Shown here: in pieces, positions 27,901 to 42,094 of the stretch | How positions within the stretch are numbered: the first letter of the stretch is position 1 | Layout: every line of letters starts with the position of its first letter | From: Balanoglossus misakiensis | Lineage: Eukaryota; Animalia; Hemichordata | Direction: 5' to 3' | Assembly: GCA_040954595.2 (NCBI GenBank) | Contig: CM082579.2 | Span: forward strand, 12,277,834 to 12,341,833 | DNA: 64,000 nucleotides | Notes under the pieces: generated by a model | Database searches by the model: none | Seen by the model: only the letters and a program-made list of their open reading frames with translations | What the model was told of the DNA's origin: nothing | Made by a program: the position numbers and the translations under genes

Positions 27901-30658
27901 GCCTTCACTTTTGGAGTATCTGTTTGTATGTCCATGGGAATGAAGTGCATTATCTTGTGCTCAAATTGTGCTAACAAACAATGCGAATACTTACTATTTC
28001 ATTCTCTTCATCATATTTAATTGATCCTATCTGCCTTGGATGAATAGGTTGAGTTTACATAAAATATACTTTATATAGCACATGTTCAAAAAAATAATGC
28101 CCATAATAGAAGTTGTACCTCTAGGGGTCACAGGAATGTGCGTCGCTGTTTTGAGGAACCATCATGGCGCAAATCGCCAAAGGTGTCCTCTGTCACCACA
28201 ATTTCTGTGTTTGTGTCCGTCTGTTCATTCATGGACAGATATTGTTCCACTAACAACTTAAGAACTGTTGAGTTCAGTGTCATGTAATTTGGTATATTTA
28301 GTATTGTCATCATTAGATCTAGATATAATTAATTAAATAATGGTGGGTAATGGTGGGTGTGGCTTTCAAATAATAGGTCATTAGCATTTAATATTAATGT
28401 TTTAATTGGGTCATATCTCAAGAAGTACTCAACCATACTCATTTGGATATCCGTAAGGATTGTTCATGCAAATGTGATGTGACTGCACATACTTTTATGA
28501 ATTACTGAGCTAAAAGTTTGGTAAGCATTGCTGGTTAGGTACTTGCTCAAATGTTAATTTTTGAGGGAAGATCATAGACAGATCTATTGAAATTATGGAA
28601 TTATCCACTGCATATTTGTTTCTTTGCTATTTTTGCTACTTCCAGTCATTTTGTTTTTTGAAACTGATTATAATTGCATTGTAATTTGGTATGTTGGTTT
28701 CTAGGGATGATAAATGGATGTAGATGTCTTGACACAGGCATTAGAGCTATGAGTGTGCGTATTTCGGCGTGTGCTACTAATGACTGGCTTTGCGTAGGCC
28801 CTTATGTAACCCGCTTATCTCAAACGACAAGCCACTGCTACCAATCAGTGAATGTGAATAAAACTGACACAGATCACTCCAATTTTTCACACAAATGTTA
28901 TGACAACCTTTACTAGCAAGGTAACTGTTCAGTTTAATTCACATCACTTTTCTTTCAGTTGAGTGTAACCCATGAACCTTTCTATCCACATTGTGTATTA
29001 AATACATTTCGATTTCTGTCAAATTTTATTTTAAGCATAATGCTTCGTCCGCCACTGGCAGCGCCATTCAGCATACACACTTCATTAAAAACTATTTTGG
29101 ACATGAAGAAAAGTGCCTTGAAACAGAGCAGAACGTATGCGATATATTATGGGATTCATTGTCTGTGGCTGAGCGGTACATAAAGTTTGCATTGCATCGA
29201 GAAGAGAAGAAAGGTCCTCGTGATACAGAAACACAGAAGGCAGAGGAACATGGTATGACCTTGTTTATATTGTATATATAACGAAGTGAAATTATCGTAA
29301 CATCATAAATTTCTCCTGCAAATTTGGAAGAATTACCCATATGCACTTTACTAAAGGTTAAAAGTAAAATATTGTTCTTTACCCCTCTTCAGAAACTGTG
29401 TTATCTTTCCTAGAAAATGTTGCAGCATCTGATCCTTCGTTATCGGTGAGTGCATATTTCATGTATTACAATCTCTTTCATAACCGGAAATTGGCAATAA
29501 ACTAAAATATGGCATTCCCATTGCAAACCAAAATTGGCACAAGTGCAACCATCTATAATGAGGTTTCCAATAGTGAGATACATGATAGAAAATAAACAAG
29601 AATGAGGTGGTTTTCTGTTTGGAATCACTGAGGATCAAAGGGCCAAGAGGATAGGATAAAGTGTTTTCCATTTAAACCACAATCCTGCATGAATAAATGA
29701 AGTACATTCCTTACCAAACCTGCAGATCTGTAGAAAGCTGGTCTGCCATGGTTGTTCTCAGCTGTCACTGGTTGGCTGAAGATCCAATAGTCTATAAGAG
29801 ATTTTATAAAATGTGGCGGGAGCTCTATGTAGATAACTCACAACTGTAAACATTAATAATAACCTTATTTCGGGTCAAAACAAGAGGAAGGGCTAGCAAT
29901 CAGTTTGTTACCTTTAGTCAAGGTAATGTGTCATAATTAAATTGTGAACAAACTGCAAAAAGTTGGCAAAACATTGGACAGATCATTATTAGCCACCCTT
30001 TCTGTACAAACTACATGTATAAAGTGAATGTTCCATTTGCTGGAAAAGAGATGTGTTGCCCCTACGCGCAAAACACATTCAGCAACCAAGTAGCTGGATG
30101 ACAGTGTTGGTGAGAAACATTAAATGAACAGAAAGTTAATTCAGGTAGACCAACACACTTCAAGCTTCTTGAAATATCACATGATTTGTTATTGTTTGGC
30201 TCAACAGGGCACAACGTTTACCATTAAATCCTAATCACAGGGAATCAAACAGTTTAAAATATAACACACAGCAGGAGTCCTTCTTAAATTATAAGGCATC
30301 ATAAACCTGACTCAAACTAATTTTATATACATTTTAAATCACGTAATATTTCTGTTTATGATTATTTCCTCTTCAGTTAGAGATGGTAGAACAGTTGAGA
30401 TGTCAGTTAGACAACGCGGGAATAAGGACAGTGCTGGCATTGCACCTGGCTTGGGATCTCGCCCAGAAACGGTTGGACATCCCGGACGTGATGAGCAGCG
30501 CAATCAGGAACAAATTACGCCATAAATTTTATGCGTTCAACAATATCCCGAAAATCATCTTTACTTTGCTTTCTGCATTTATTTTCATTTTGAGTGTGTG
30601 CTATATTTTGGACAAGCAATTTGGAGATGGTCAGTATTTCTGTGCAAACATGTTTTAA
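18929..30658 (+). CDS. IFI44-like P-loop GTPase paralogue 2; exons 18929-19012, 22458-22592, 25505-25859, 26770-27099, 27689-27756, 29036-29252, 29414-29445, 30377-30658
   Basis: All introns are GT-AG with consistent phases (0,0,1,1,0,1,0). Motifs: G1 VRIGVFGPAGSGKSSFVNS, G2 GT, G3 LVDSRGF, DHIHAVIFVV, G4-like VITHVDK, FIKNY, a pattern typical of IFI44/IFI44L GTPase domains. N-terminus MGNKGS. The last two exons are less certain. Confidence 0.75.
18947..19012 (+). repeat. Coding 15-bp tandem repeat (AAAAAGGTGGAGACC, KKVET x4)
   Basis: Directly visible in exon 1. Confidence 0.9.
19950..20320 (+). pseudogene. Degenerate LINE RT fragment (intronic)
   Basis: NGILAEEQNGLRK...FLDLHKAF..VDR and a RQG-like motif, with frameshifts. 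Confidence 0.6.
21170..21875 (-). pseudogene. Degenerate LINE ORF2 3' fragment (intronic)
   Basis: LGLG...NNEAILGERGRFPL...YWLK...RFPKACYKML and a downstream FRCSNHRLVIETGR-like motif, typical of non-LTR RT C-terminal regions. Confidence 0.65.
23350..25450 (-). pseudogene. Degenerate Gypsy/Ty3 pol fragments (intronic)
   Basis: Minus-strand remnants such as RKHMEASGVIR (RT start) and an RNase H-like DA..GIG.VL segment, with many stops. Boundaries approximate. Confidence 0.4.
24394..25214. mobile_element. TIR MITE with TTA TSD (Harbinger- or Zator-like)
   Basis: TTA|GGGCCTGGTCAGAATTAACAGGGGGGG ... CCCCCCCTGTTAATTCTGACCAGGTCC|TTA, with internal TGACCCTCCCC subrepeats. Confidence 0.8.
26053..26460 (+). 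mobile_element. Hairpin-ended non-autonomous element, copy 2 (same family as 4134-4553)
   Basis: Reverse-complement match to 4134-4553, with terminal hairpin GGTTATTACGAAAATACTGCAAAG...CTTTGCGGTATTTTCGAATAACC. Confidence 0.8.
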
Positions 30659-31371
30659 TGACATTATTTTGAAAATGCCAAACTTTTAAAATCTTGGCTT
30701 TGGCTCCAATTTTCATGTGAATAACAGATGTAGCTTATGTTTGCCCCGCATGTCAATTTAAAGAACTTGTTCTTTTACAAGAGCTTTAATAAGCAAAAAA
30801 TGTATAAAAAATGTTAACTTACAAACCATGTTCGATTTAACAAAAAATAATTAAAAAGACGTACTCCTGTATAAAGAGCAACAAGCAAACATGTAAAATG
30901 TCACCTTTCAAACTGGGTTGCAATTAATTCAAATCATTCACCAAAATGATGTCCCCTTACAAAAGCCAACCGGCAAAAGATGTATGAAGTTAGACCTCTG
31001 AAAACGGGTTGTAAATGAAACTGTTTACAAAGCGGTGTGATTGGATAAACTAGCTGACTTAGTAATGCAACAATGAGCTTCGGTAGAATAATAATGAATT
31101 ATTTAACCAACTAGTATGTACGTTATGCCCACTAGATTTATGTATTCTTTCTTTACCATCTAGTGCAAGTTTTACCTGTTGCTGTAAGTTTAAGATTTAA
31201 TAACTCCCCACCCACCTGGTGCCTGTGGAGGGGTGTCCTTTTTGTGTCCCCTCTACAGGTGACCAATGTTCAGAAACACTATGTTTAAGTGATGTGTTTA
31301 TTTTACTACCTTCACCATATATTTGACGCAATTTTCATTTTGAAAAAAAACAAAGACATTTCTAAAATTAA

Positions 31372-31627
31372 AGGGATAAAGTTTCTCTCTCGCAGCCCTT
31401 TTTCCGTTAATTATGTGTGATAAAAGACACTGTTTATGTTAATGTACACGTGGATATATTTGAATAAACGTTCAATCACACAGTTTCCATCCCACTTGTA
31501 GAAACGAAAGTAAAAAACTCGCCAAAATGAATAATCAGTCTTTACTATTTATTCATTTTTGGCAAGATTTTTACTCTCATATCCTACAAACGGGATATGC
31601 AGCGAGGCAGAGAGAGACTTTGTCCCT
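31372..31627. mobile_element. TTAA-targeting MITE (Kolobok-type ends)
   Basis: TTAA|AGGGATAAAGTTTCTCTCT ... AGAGAGAGACTTTGTCCCT|TTAA, with an internal imperfect palindrome at ~31490-31594. Confidence 0.75.
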
Positions 31628-31974
31628 TTAAGGTATGTGCCATATTTGTAGGGCTGAGCAGATAATGATTTTGTTCGTTAAAGAAGATGATATATTCCTT
31701 TGTTTTTGGAGTGTGTGTACTTTTTCATTCTTTTGGCATTTACGTATTTAACATCTACTGAAGTGTCCGAAATGTGCTTTCTTCAAGGGCAACATGGAAT
31801 ACAGGGAGACATAAAAATCGCGTCAAGGACATGGCGATCCCATTGAGTTATTACACAAGAAAAAGTCTACACCAGAGTACATGGCCATATACATACAGAC
31901 AGACAGACACACAACACACACACACATAGCGATAGATCAATGGGCAAGCACTGACTGACCCATAAGCTGCCAAT

Positions 31975-32363
31975 GGTTATCATCTTAGCGTCCCGAAACA
32001 CTGATAAGAACTCCAATATAATTAGCCAGAGTAAACTGAGATTTTTATACTGAAGTCGGCATCTGGTTACGTTCGTTTTGATCATTAGAACTGATTAGAG
32101 CAGTTCTGTATCAACACACTCTGGGGGTGTCCTGCTTCGTACATGTCTGAAACACATGTGTACACATTTGTAAAGAGATTTTACACAGTGTCAGTTTTGA
32201 AGCAGGATGCCCCCTGTGGTACGTGTTGATACAGAGCTATGTAATCAGTTATAATATCATTGCAAATGTAACCATATGCCGACTTCAGCATAAAAATCTC
32301 AGTTTACTCTGGCTAATTATATTGGAGTTTTTATCAGTGTTTCGGGACGCTAAGATGATAACC
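31975..32363. mobile_element. Near-fully palindromic MITE (~390 bp)
   Basis: GGTTATCATCTTAGCGTCCCGAAACACTGATAA... pairs with ...TTATCAGTGTTTCGGGACGCTAAGATGATAACC over ~90 bp almost perfectly and further inward imperfectly. TSD not identified. Confidence 0.85.
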
Positions 32364-34992
32364 GTAGTAGAACAGCTGGCCTCTTTAAAACTTAGCCAGT
32401 TATGTAATCATTCAAGGAATTTGCTGTGTAAATCAATCACACTGGGAACTTCCTGCCTATTTAAAACAACTCAATACAGTAAATACATACCACATTGCAA
32501 AGCAATCTGACCAGTACTTCTCGAGTTACTGAGTTTTGACCAAATTCACATTTTTCCAGCTAATTTGCATATTTTGGGCCTGGCAACTTCGTTTGGACAA
32601 ACTCCCATCTACAGCCCAGCCTGCACCTACACACCAAATATTGAGGTGATACGCGCAGCGGTTTTCATGTTTTTGATGTGGACGGACATACAGACATACA
32701 TCCATGCATCCATACATACATACAGACGCAACCCATCCCATAAGGTCCCAGATATATATACCTATACAAATGGGACCTAAAAACAGGGATACCAAAATTA
32801 TGGTTGGACACTGTGAAGGGGAAAGGAATTGTGTCTCATCTAGCTAGTGTACATAAAATGAGAAAATAATTACTAGATAAGATCTACATCGTATGTTCTG
32901 GGCAGAAGATGGCACTGTTCAAGACTCCTAAACCACATCCCAACCTCTGAAATAGGTAGTTCAATAACCAAGAAAAGATTTTATAGAATTTTAATGGTCA
33001 GGACAGAAGGAAATAGATATAAACCATTTTAAAATATGCCCTTTGATGTTGTAGTGTGTCCATCGTTATGTACAAGCTTTCATCATCAGTTATTATTTTC
33101 TTTAAAAAACTAGCTTTATTTCTTACATACGCTTTATTTTGTTACAGGCGATTTAAATTTTTCATTTACCAAACAAATGTAGACAAAGACTGAAAAAGAA
33201 TGTATATAGTAATCTGTGATCCCAGTTTAATCTTTATCATAATTGGTCATTTTCAACAGAAGATCTTCTGTAAAAATCACTACAGATTCCAAACTTAACC
33301 CTGACTTGTTAGCTGTCTCAAGCAACAGATAGCGAATGGATGTGCCCACCAACTGAACACAACACCTTTATAGAAATTTTACTCAACTTTGACTCACCCG
33401 GTTAATTGCAACATGTCTATTAGAATCAGACAGCAAAGGAATCGCTATGCTTACCAACTAAACAGGTTAATAAGTCAACGTTGACTGTTTATTTACTTAA
33501 CAGATAAACATATCTAGATCTCTAATATCTGTCCAAAGACAAACAAGTAAATTAATAGTATATATTTCAATTCTAAAATGAAAGCAGAATAATAAGTCAA
33601 TGTTCCCAACATTTCCATCAAAATGCCATTTTAGGCCATCATTTTCTGTCCATTGCAAGCTTCAAGGATCAACAGTAAATCAACTTAATTATAATTTCAT
33701 ATCATTCAATCCCATGTATAGTAGAATACATTTCGAATTAAACTTATTTTAAATCCAACGAGATCAGTCTTCAATTTTGAGCAATTAGATACTTTGAACA
33801 ATTAGATAGCACTATTAAAATCAATTATCTTCTAGGTGGACTAATACTTTTTTTCTAATAATTTATTCATTTCATATCTCTTTTGCAGTGTGTCCACTTT
33901 AACTGCCACCAGCTAAATTTTTTGTCTTACACTTAAATTTTAGCATTTACCAAATGAATGCTGGTTAATTTCTAAAATGAAAATTATTTCGAATTAGTAT
34001 TACCTTTTCCTTGATGCTTGTAATAAGAGGCTAGGCATTAAACACTCAAGTGGAAATTATAATCATTGTTATTTATCATCTTATTATATATTGTAGTCCA
34101 CCTCAAGACTAGTCTTTATCCAAAATAGCATGTATTGATAAATGCTATAAACACCTCTTGAAATTAAATGAAAAACACTCCTCTTATAAAGCATGTCACA
34201 GCATGGAAAAACACACATTTGGGGCCCCTATTCAAACCACAGTATTTAACCATCTTCGCCAGCCAAGGTTTGTTTAATTCAGGCAGAGGGGCCTGACTAA
34301 AACATGAGGCGACTTAGCCAAGTCCTGTAGACTGGACGGTGAGTATTTATCTGGCATCTACCTCAACTAAATTTAACTGGTACAGAATGTCTCTACTTGG
34401 CAAAAATCAATATCGCAAATAATTGTGGATGAAATACAGTCTACCTGCCTGTTTACCTAACTGATAAATCACATTGATACAAAGGCTTACATGTCAATAG
34501 CTACATAAAATGATTAATGCGATCACCACCTATACAAATTGAATACAGCCGAAGTGTCTGTTTACTTTACTGATAAATCACACTGATATCTAACCAAACG
34601 CATTCCTGGTCCTCTCTGCCATGGTAGCCACTTCATTTGCTGAATATCTGTATTCTAAAATGAAAGAAGAATAACAATTCCATTTATCCAACATGTACTT
34701 GAGCATTAATTTAAGAAACATTCCTAGTCTTCTTAATGCAACTGCACGGTCAGTGGCTACTTATTTGCATTCTAAAATGAAAGCACGTAAAAATGTTTAT
34801 CTGACATCTAGATAATCTAGTTCAACTGATACAGAATGTCTCCACTTGGCAAAAATCGATAACACAAACAATAGGATATGATCAACAAGGCATTGTTCTC
34901 ATAAAACAAAATGATTAAAATAGTTAAAAGATGAGATAAAAAGACTCGATCAGCATTTATACCGGAAAATGGTTTAAGCTGAACTTGCCACG

Positions 34993-35295
34993 TTTGTACA
35001 TGGTTTTTGTCCGAGTAGACTTTCTGATACTGTTTTAGTTCCCATAGTAAAGGACAAAAACAACAATGTTAATGTCAAAAGTAATTTCCGTCCAATTGCA
35101 CTCTCTACAGTTGCTTCAAAGCTCATTGAGTTAATTTTACTTAGACACACTCATTGTTTTCTTGAGACGTCACATTATCAGTTTGGTTTCAAATATGGCC
35201 ATTCCACTGATATGTGCGTATTTGTTCTTAAAGAAGTAATCAATTTCTATAGAAAACATGGCAGTAATGTAATCATCGCCTTCATGGATGCTTCT
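34993..35295 (+). pseudogene. LINE RT fragment inserted in the satellite
   Basis: FVHGFCP...VLVPIVKDK...SNFRPIAL...QFGFKYGHSTDMCVFVLKEVINFY...AFMDAS, an open stretch of early RT domains. Confidence 0.8.
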
Positions 35296-38200
35296 TAGTA
35301 ATTCTCAAAGAAAACAGCTTTACCAAAATGTAGGCACCATTGACATTTGTCCATTACACTCTTATTTACATCAAAACTTATTAATATGCTCACCACCTGA
35401 ACACTGTGATTGTGTTTTTCCTTAACAAATAAACCCCTTCAATATAAGGAAACACATGCCTAGTTCTCTTTATGTTTGCATCCTAAAATGAAAGACCAAA
35501 AAACCCACACATAGCAAACTGATCGATGTGATTACCACCTAAATACGTTAAGCCCAATGTAACTGTTTGTGTACTTAACAGATAAACCATATCGACAGAT
35601 AAAAAACACATGCCTGGTTCTCTGTGCAAAGGCAGACATAACAATTGCTAATTATTTGCATCCTAAAATGAAAGCAGAAAAAAATTCATTTACGCAACAT
35701 TTTCATCAAAAACAAATTTCTGGCCATTTTTTCTGTTAAACTTCATGGACTGTTGTCAAACAAAGCAAACTGATGGCAAGGTTTATCATGGCAAAAAGCA
35801 AATGGCAAAAGTAAAATTGGTCCTCCACAACATTGGGTTTATTTGCTCTTGAGTTCATTAAAATGCAACTTTGAGCACCGTATTTTAATAAATTTTCTCA
35901 TGTGGGAGGGGGACACCCCCTCCCACACCCAACCCCGCCACATTTCTTGTTTTGCCAATTCTAGCAACTTTTGTATTGACTTGTCATTTTAATTTAGTCA
36001 TACATTTCTTTATTGCAACGATATACTATTATATACTTCAATTACTTTAAGAAATTTATAATTGACGTGTTAGGAGCCTCATTCCCTTTATTGCATACAG
36101 TGTACATACGATCAGGACGGCGAATGTTTTCGGTGTAGGGGGGTCATCATATTTTTGGGCCTGTCAAAGGGGGGGGGGAGGGGTCATCATTTTTTGGTCC
36201 TGGGTGAAGGGAGGGTTGGCATGATTTTGAAAACCGATGACACAAACTTGCCAGCCCACCCCCGGCCATAAAAACTGAACAGTCCCTTATGGGCAATTAT
36301 TTTCTCACTGAACACATTTTCAAAGAAAACAAACATTGTCCTCCATTTTGTGATATTAAATAACAAGATTTACATTTATTCATTTATTTTATTACTTTCA
36401 AAAGGTGTCAAATAGTTCACTTGTTCATAAACACCCATGCTTATTGACGCTGTAGTATGAATTAGACAAGTTCTAATTAAAACTAATTAATCATGGACAA
36501 TTTTCAACAATTACGCTCTACACAGCTCAAAGCATATCCTTCATTAGAATTAATGTGAATGTTTACTCGCCAGAGGTATTGTTTTCACACATATGCATTG
36601 TAATTTTTTTTTAGAAACACTGCACAGACTAGGTTTATCCAAAGTTGCGTTAATTAAATTGATACATTTGATGAAGGCCTCTGAAAATCAAACAAAAACC
36701 CTCATATAAACCCCACCAAATAGAACGACTCATTCCTAGTCTTTTAAGCAACTACACGGTCAGTTGCTACCTTATTTGCATTCTAAAATGAAAGAAGATT
36801 TAAAAATTGTTTATCTGGCATCTAGATAAACTAATTCAACTGATACAGAAGGTCTCCACCTGGCAAAATCGATAACACAAACGATTACATCTGAACAATT
36901 AGACATTGTTGATGAGATAATAATATGTAATAAGAATGTATACCTAGGTAAGTCTATTAAGCTGAACATTACACGCTACGTGTCTTAAATTCCAAACAAA
37001 TTCATGTGATAGCCACCTGATAAAATCAAACGCACTATGATTCTTTTTATATCAACAGTAAAACCACATGAAAATCTAAAATAACACATGCCTAATTCTC
37101 TGTGCAAATGTAGACACCTAAATCACTGTATATTTGCACCCTAAAATGATAGCAAAATAAAATCTCCAGTTTCCCAACATTTTCATCAAACACAAATTTC
37201 AAGCCATTTTATCTGTCGAAGCTCCATGGACCAATAGAAAACAAAGCGAGTCACAAAATTTGATCATCTATAACAAATTCACTTAGGTTGAACAGAACTA
37301 GTTCAAATATTCATTGACTGCAGTCAGTCTGATTTGCGCACTCAAAATTCAAGCGATAATATCCCCCAACACAAGAGCGTTGTTGTACACAATTTACTCA
37401 CTATCTTAAGTATCAGATAGCAAACTGATTGATGATATCATTACTGTGACTGTGTGTTTCCTAAATAGATAAGCCCCATGAAAATCTAAAATAACACATG
37501 CCTAGTTCTCTATAGAAAAGGCAGACATGTATTTGTATCCTAAAATGAAAGAAGGCTGAAAACCTAATTTTACCTAATGTTTTCATCTAATACATGGCCA
37601 TTATTTTCTGTCAAAGCACAATACACCAACAGCAAACCAAGAATACTAAAAAAATATCAAGTAAAACAAATATACAATTTACACTAAATATCTCTTCAAA
37701 GAAAACAAAATTATTCTCAACTTCTCAATAACAGATAACAAGATTTACATAGTCTTCTATGCAACTGCATGGTCAGTGTCTACTTATTTGCATTCTAAAA
37801 TGAAAGAAGATTTATAAATTGTCTATCTTTCATCTAGATAAACTAATTCAACTGATACAGAATGTCCCCACTTGGCAAAAATCGATGACTCAAACGATTA
37901 GATCTGAATAACTAGGCATTGTTGGCATAAAACGAAAATGATTAGAATAGTTCAAAGATGATACATTTAGAGACACTGCACAGTGAGACAAGGTTTATCC
38001 AAAGTAGTGAATTAAATTTATAAATTCGATGAAGCCTCAGCAAATTAAACAAAAACACTCATGTGTTTACTAAAGACATCAACTACATCAGTACATGGAA
38101 TAATACATTACTAGTCTTCTAGGCAACTGCGTGGTCAGTGCCTACTTATTTGCATTCTTAACTGAAAGAAGATTTAAAAATTGTTTATCTGGCATCGAGA

Positions 38201-38944
38201 TAAACTAATTCAACTGATACAGAATGTATCCACCTGGCAAAATCGACAACACAAACGATTACATCTGAACAATTAAACATTGATGATGATATAAAAATAT
38301 GTGATAAGTATGTATAAGTCGTTTAAGCTGAACTTTACACGCTACATGTCTAAAGTGCCATACAAATGTATGTGATAGCCAATTTAAACATTGTTTATCT
38401 GGCATCTAGATCAACTAATTCAACTGATACAGAAGGTCTCAACTAGGCACAATCTATAACACGACCCAATATATATCTGAACAACAAGACATTGTTCTTT
38501 TAAAACGAAAATGATTAAAATAGTTTAAAGCTGAGGTAATAAGACTTGAACAGCATTTACAAGTGGTTTAAGATGAACTTTAAATGCCACTTGTCTAAAA
38601 TGCCGAACAGATTCATGTGATAACCACCTTAACAAATAAAAAAAATGTGATTATAGTTTAACCACATAAACATCTAAAAAGCATGCCCAGTTCTCTGTGC
38701 AAAGGCAGGCATATTAATTCTATTTATTTGCATCGTAAAATGTAAGAACAAAAAATAGATTTATGCAACTGCATTTACGCAACAATTTTTTTGTAAACAC
38801 CAATTTCTTGCCATTTTATCTGTCAAACTGTATGGACTTTTGGTAAACAAAGCAAGTTGGAAATTATATCAACTTCAACAAATTCGCTGATGTTTCAACT
38901 ATAAAAATTCGCGCTTGTGTCTTTTACAAGTGCATCTACTCTGG

Positions 38945-41060
38945 GTATGATCTGCTGATGAGCGCCCCTTACTTCAAGCGGAAAATCCTGAAAGACAACC
39001 GTTTTAATACAAAATTGAGTCATCATTGATAACTGGTGATGATACAGTTATTTACTTCCAAACTGTCTAAACTCAACACCTTTATACAAAAATTTCTCAA
39101 CTTTGACACACTAACGTGCAATTTGTCTACGGGTTACAGACAGTAAACTGAATAATGCGGTCACACCCTGAACAGGTTAATCCCACAGTGACTCACCGCG
39201 AATGAGAAATTTAGCGACACTGCACAGTGAGACAAGGTTTATCTAAAGTAGCGTGAATTAAATTGATAAATTTGATGAACGCCTCAGCAAATTAAACAAA
39301 AACACTCATCTGTTTACTAAAGACATCAACCACATTAGTACATAAAAACACACATTCCTAGTCTTCTATGCAACTGTATGGTCAATGGCTACCTTATTTG
39401 CATTCTAAAATGAAAGAAGATTTAAAAATTGTTTATCTCGCATCCAGATGAACTAATTCAACTGATACAGAATGTCTCCACTTGGTAAAAATCAATAACA
39501 CAAACGATAAGATATAAACAACAATACATTGTTCTTATAAAACGAACATGATTAATATAGTTCAAAGCTGAGGTAATAAGACTTGATCAGCATTAACAAG
39601 TGGTTTAAGTTGAACTTTACATGCCACTTGTCTAAAATGCCGAACAGATTCATGTGATAACCACCTTAACAAATAAAAAACTGTGATTATAGTTTAACCA
39701 CATCAAGATATAAAAAACACGCCCAGTTCTTTGTGCAAAGGCAGGCATATTAATTTTATTTATTTGATTCATAAAAAAATACATCTACGCAACAATGTTT
39801 TTGATAACACCAATTTCTTGCCATTTTATCTGTCAAACTGTAAACAAAGCAAGTTGGAAAGATAACTCAATATAAACAAATTCGCTATTGATTCAACTTT
39901 TAAAATTGCGTGCGTCAACTTTGAGTATGATCTGCTGATGAGCACCCCTTACTTCAAGCGAAAATCCTGAAAGACAACCGTTTTAATACAAAATTGAGTC
40001 ATCATTGATAACTGGTGATGATACAGTTATTTACTTCCAAACTGTCTAAACTCAACACCTTTATACAAAAATTTCTCAACTTTGACACACTAACGTGCAA
40101 TTTGTCTACGGGTTACAGACAGTAAACTGAATAATGCGGTCACACCCTGAACAGGTTAATCCCACAGTGACTCACCGCGAATGAGAAATTTAGCGACACT
40201 GCACAGTGAGACAAGGTTTATCTAAAGTAGCGTGAATTAAATTGATAAATTTGATGAACGCCTCAGCAAATTAAACAAAAACACTCATCTGTTTAGTAAA
40301 GACATCAACCACATTAGTACATAGAAACACACATTCCTAGTCTTCTATGCAACTGTATGGTCAATGGCTACCTCATTTGCATTCTGAAATGAAAGAAGAT
40401 TTAAAAATTGTTTATCTGGCATCCAGATGAACTAATTCAACTGATACAGAATGTCTCCACTTGGTAAAAATCAATAACAAAAACGATTAGATGTAAACAA
40501 CAATACATTGTTCTTATAAAACGAACATGATTAATATAGTTCAAAGCTGAGGTAATAAAACTTGATCAGCATTAACAAGTGGTTTAAGTTGAACTTTACA
40601 TGCCACTTGTCTAAAATGCCGAACAGATTCATGTGATAACCACCTTAACAAATAAAAAACTGTGATTATAGTTTAACCACATCAAGATATAAAAAACACG
40701 CCCAGTTCTCTGTGCAAAGGCAGGCATATTAATTTTATTTATTTGATTCATAAAAAAATACATCTACGCAACAATGTTTTTGTTAACACCAATTTCTTGC
40801 CATTTTTCTGTCAAACTGTAAACAAAGCAAGTTGGAAAGATATCTCAATATAAACAAATTCGCTATTGATTCAACTTTTAAAATTGCGTGCGTCAACTTT
40901 GAGTATGATCTGCTGATGAGCGCCCCTTACTTCAAGCAGAAAATCCTCAAAGACAACCGCTTTAATACAAAATTGAGTCATCATTGACATCTGGTGATGA
41001 TACACTTATTTACTTCCAAACTGTCTAAACTCAACACCTTTATACAAAAATTACTCAACT
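38945..41060 (+). repeat. Recent ~980-bp higher-order tandem duplication in the satellite
   Basis: Anchor GTATGATCTGCTGATGAGC recurs at 38945, 39925 and 40903, and the intervening sequence is nearly identical. Confidence 0.9.
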
Positions 41061-41762
41061 ATGACACAGTTACGTGCAACTTGTCTTCTGGTAACAGACC
41101 GCAAACTGATTAATGTGTTCACCACCTGAACAGGTTAATCCCACAGTTACTCACTGTTTGTTTCCTTAATGGATAAACCGCATCAATACCTAACAAAATC
41201 CATGCGTAGTATTCTCTGTAATGGCAGACGTTTCAACTGCTATTTATTTGCAACCTAAAATGAAAGCGGAATAAAAAGACCATTGGCACAACATTTTCAT
41301 GAAAAACCCAATTCTGGCCATTTTTCTGTCAAAACTCCACAGATCAAGCGACGAAATCCTCAAACAAAATTTCCATCCTAATATGAAAGCAGGATAAAAA
41401 TCCTCATTTTTACCTAAATTTCATCAAATACCAGTTATGGGTCATTATTTTCTCACTGAACAAATTTTCAAATTAAAAAAAATGTACTCAGTTTGGCGTA
41501 ATTATACAACAGGATTCACATTGATTATTTTATTTCATTATTTAAAAAAAATCAAATATTTCATTCTGTTCATACACTCCATGCTTGTTAGCAATCAAAT
41601 AACATGTAGTATGTTTACTATGAATAAGACAGTTTCTAATTAAAACTAATTGATCATGGACGATATTCAACAGATACGCTCTACTCCGCTCATAGCATAT
41701 CCTTCATTTCACTTAAAGTGAACTTTTACTCGCCAGATGTATTGTTTTCACACACATTCATT

Positions 41763-42094
41763 GGGGGAGGGGGTCTGATTACCCCACACGGACGGCTGCG
41801 GGACGACCCTGGGTCAAAGTCCGCGCGCTGCCGGAGTGTTAACTCTCCGTTTACTCGGGTAGTACTCCTTGGAAAATCGGCTGAAATACGTAAACAGACC
41901 AGTGATTTTAAAGTTTCACGAAAGGGGTTTTGGGACCAGAAATAATCAGAGTTCAGGCTTGTACAGGGCGTTTATTGAATTATGCTCAGTTTGTTTTCTG
42001 TTGCCGTTTAAATGTTCCTACGCCAGTCGCGGCGGTGCAACTGTACGTTTAGTATGGGGGTCGTCCCCCAGGGTAATCAACCCCCCCCCCCCCC
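41763..42094. mobile_element. GC-richer MITE inserted in the satellite
   Basis: Imperfect TIRs GGGGAGGGGGTCTGATTACCC ... GGGTAATCAACCCCCCCCCC. TSD unclear. Confidence 0.55.
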
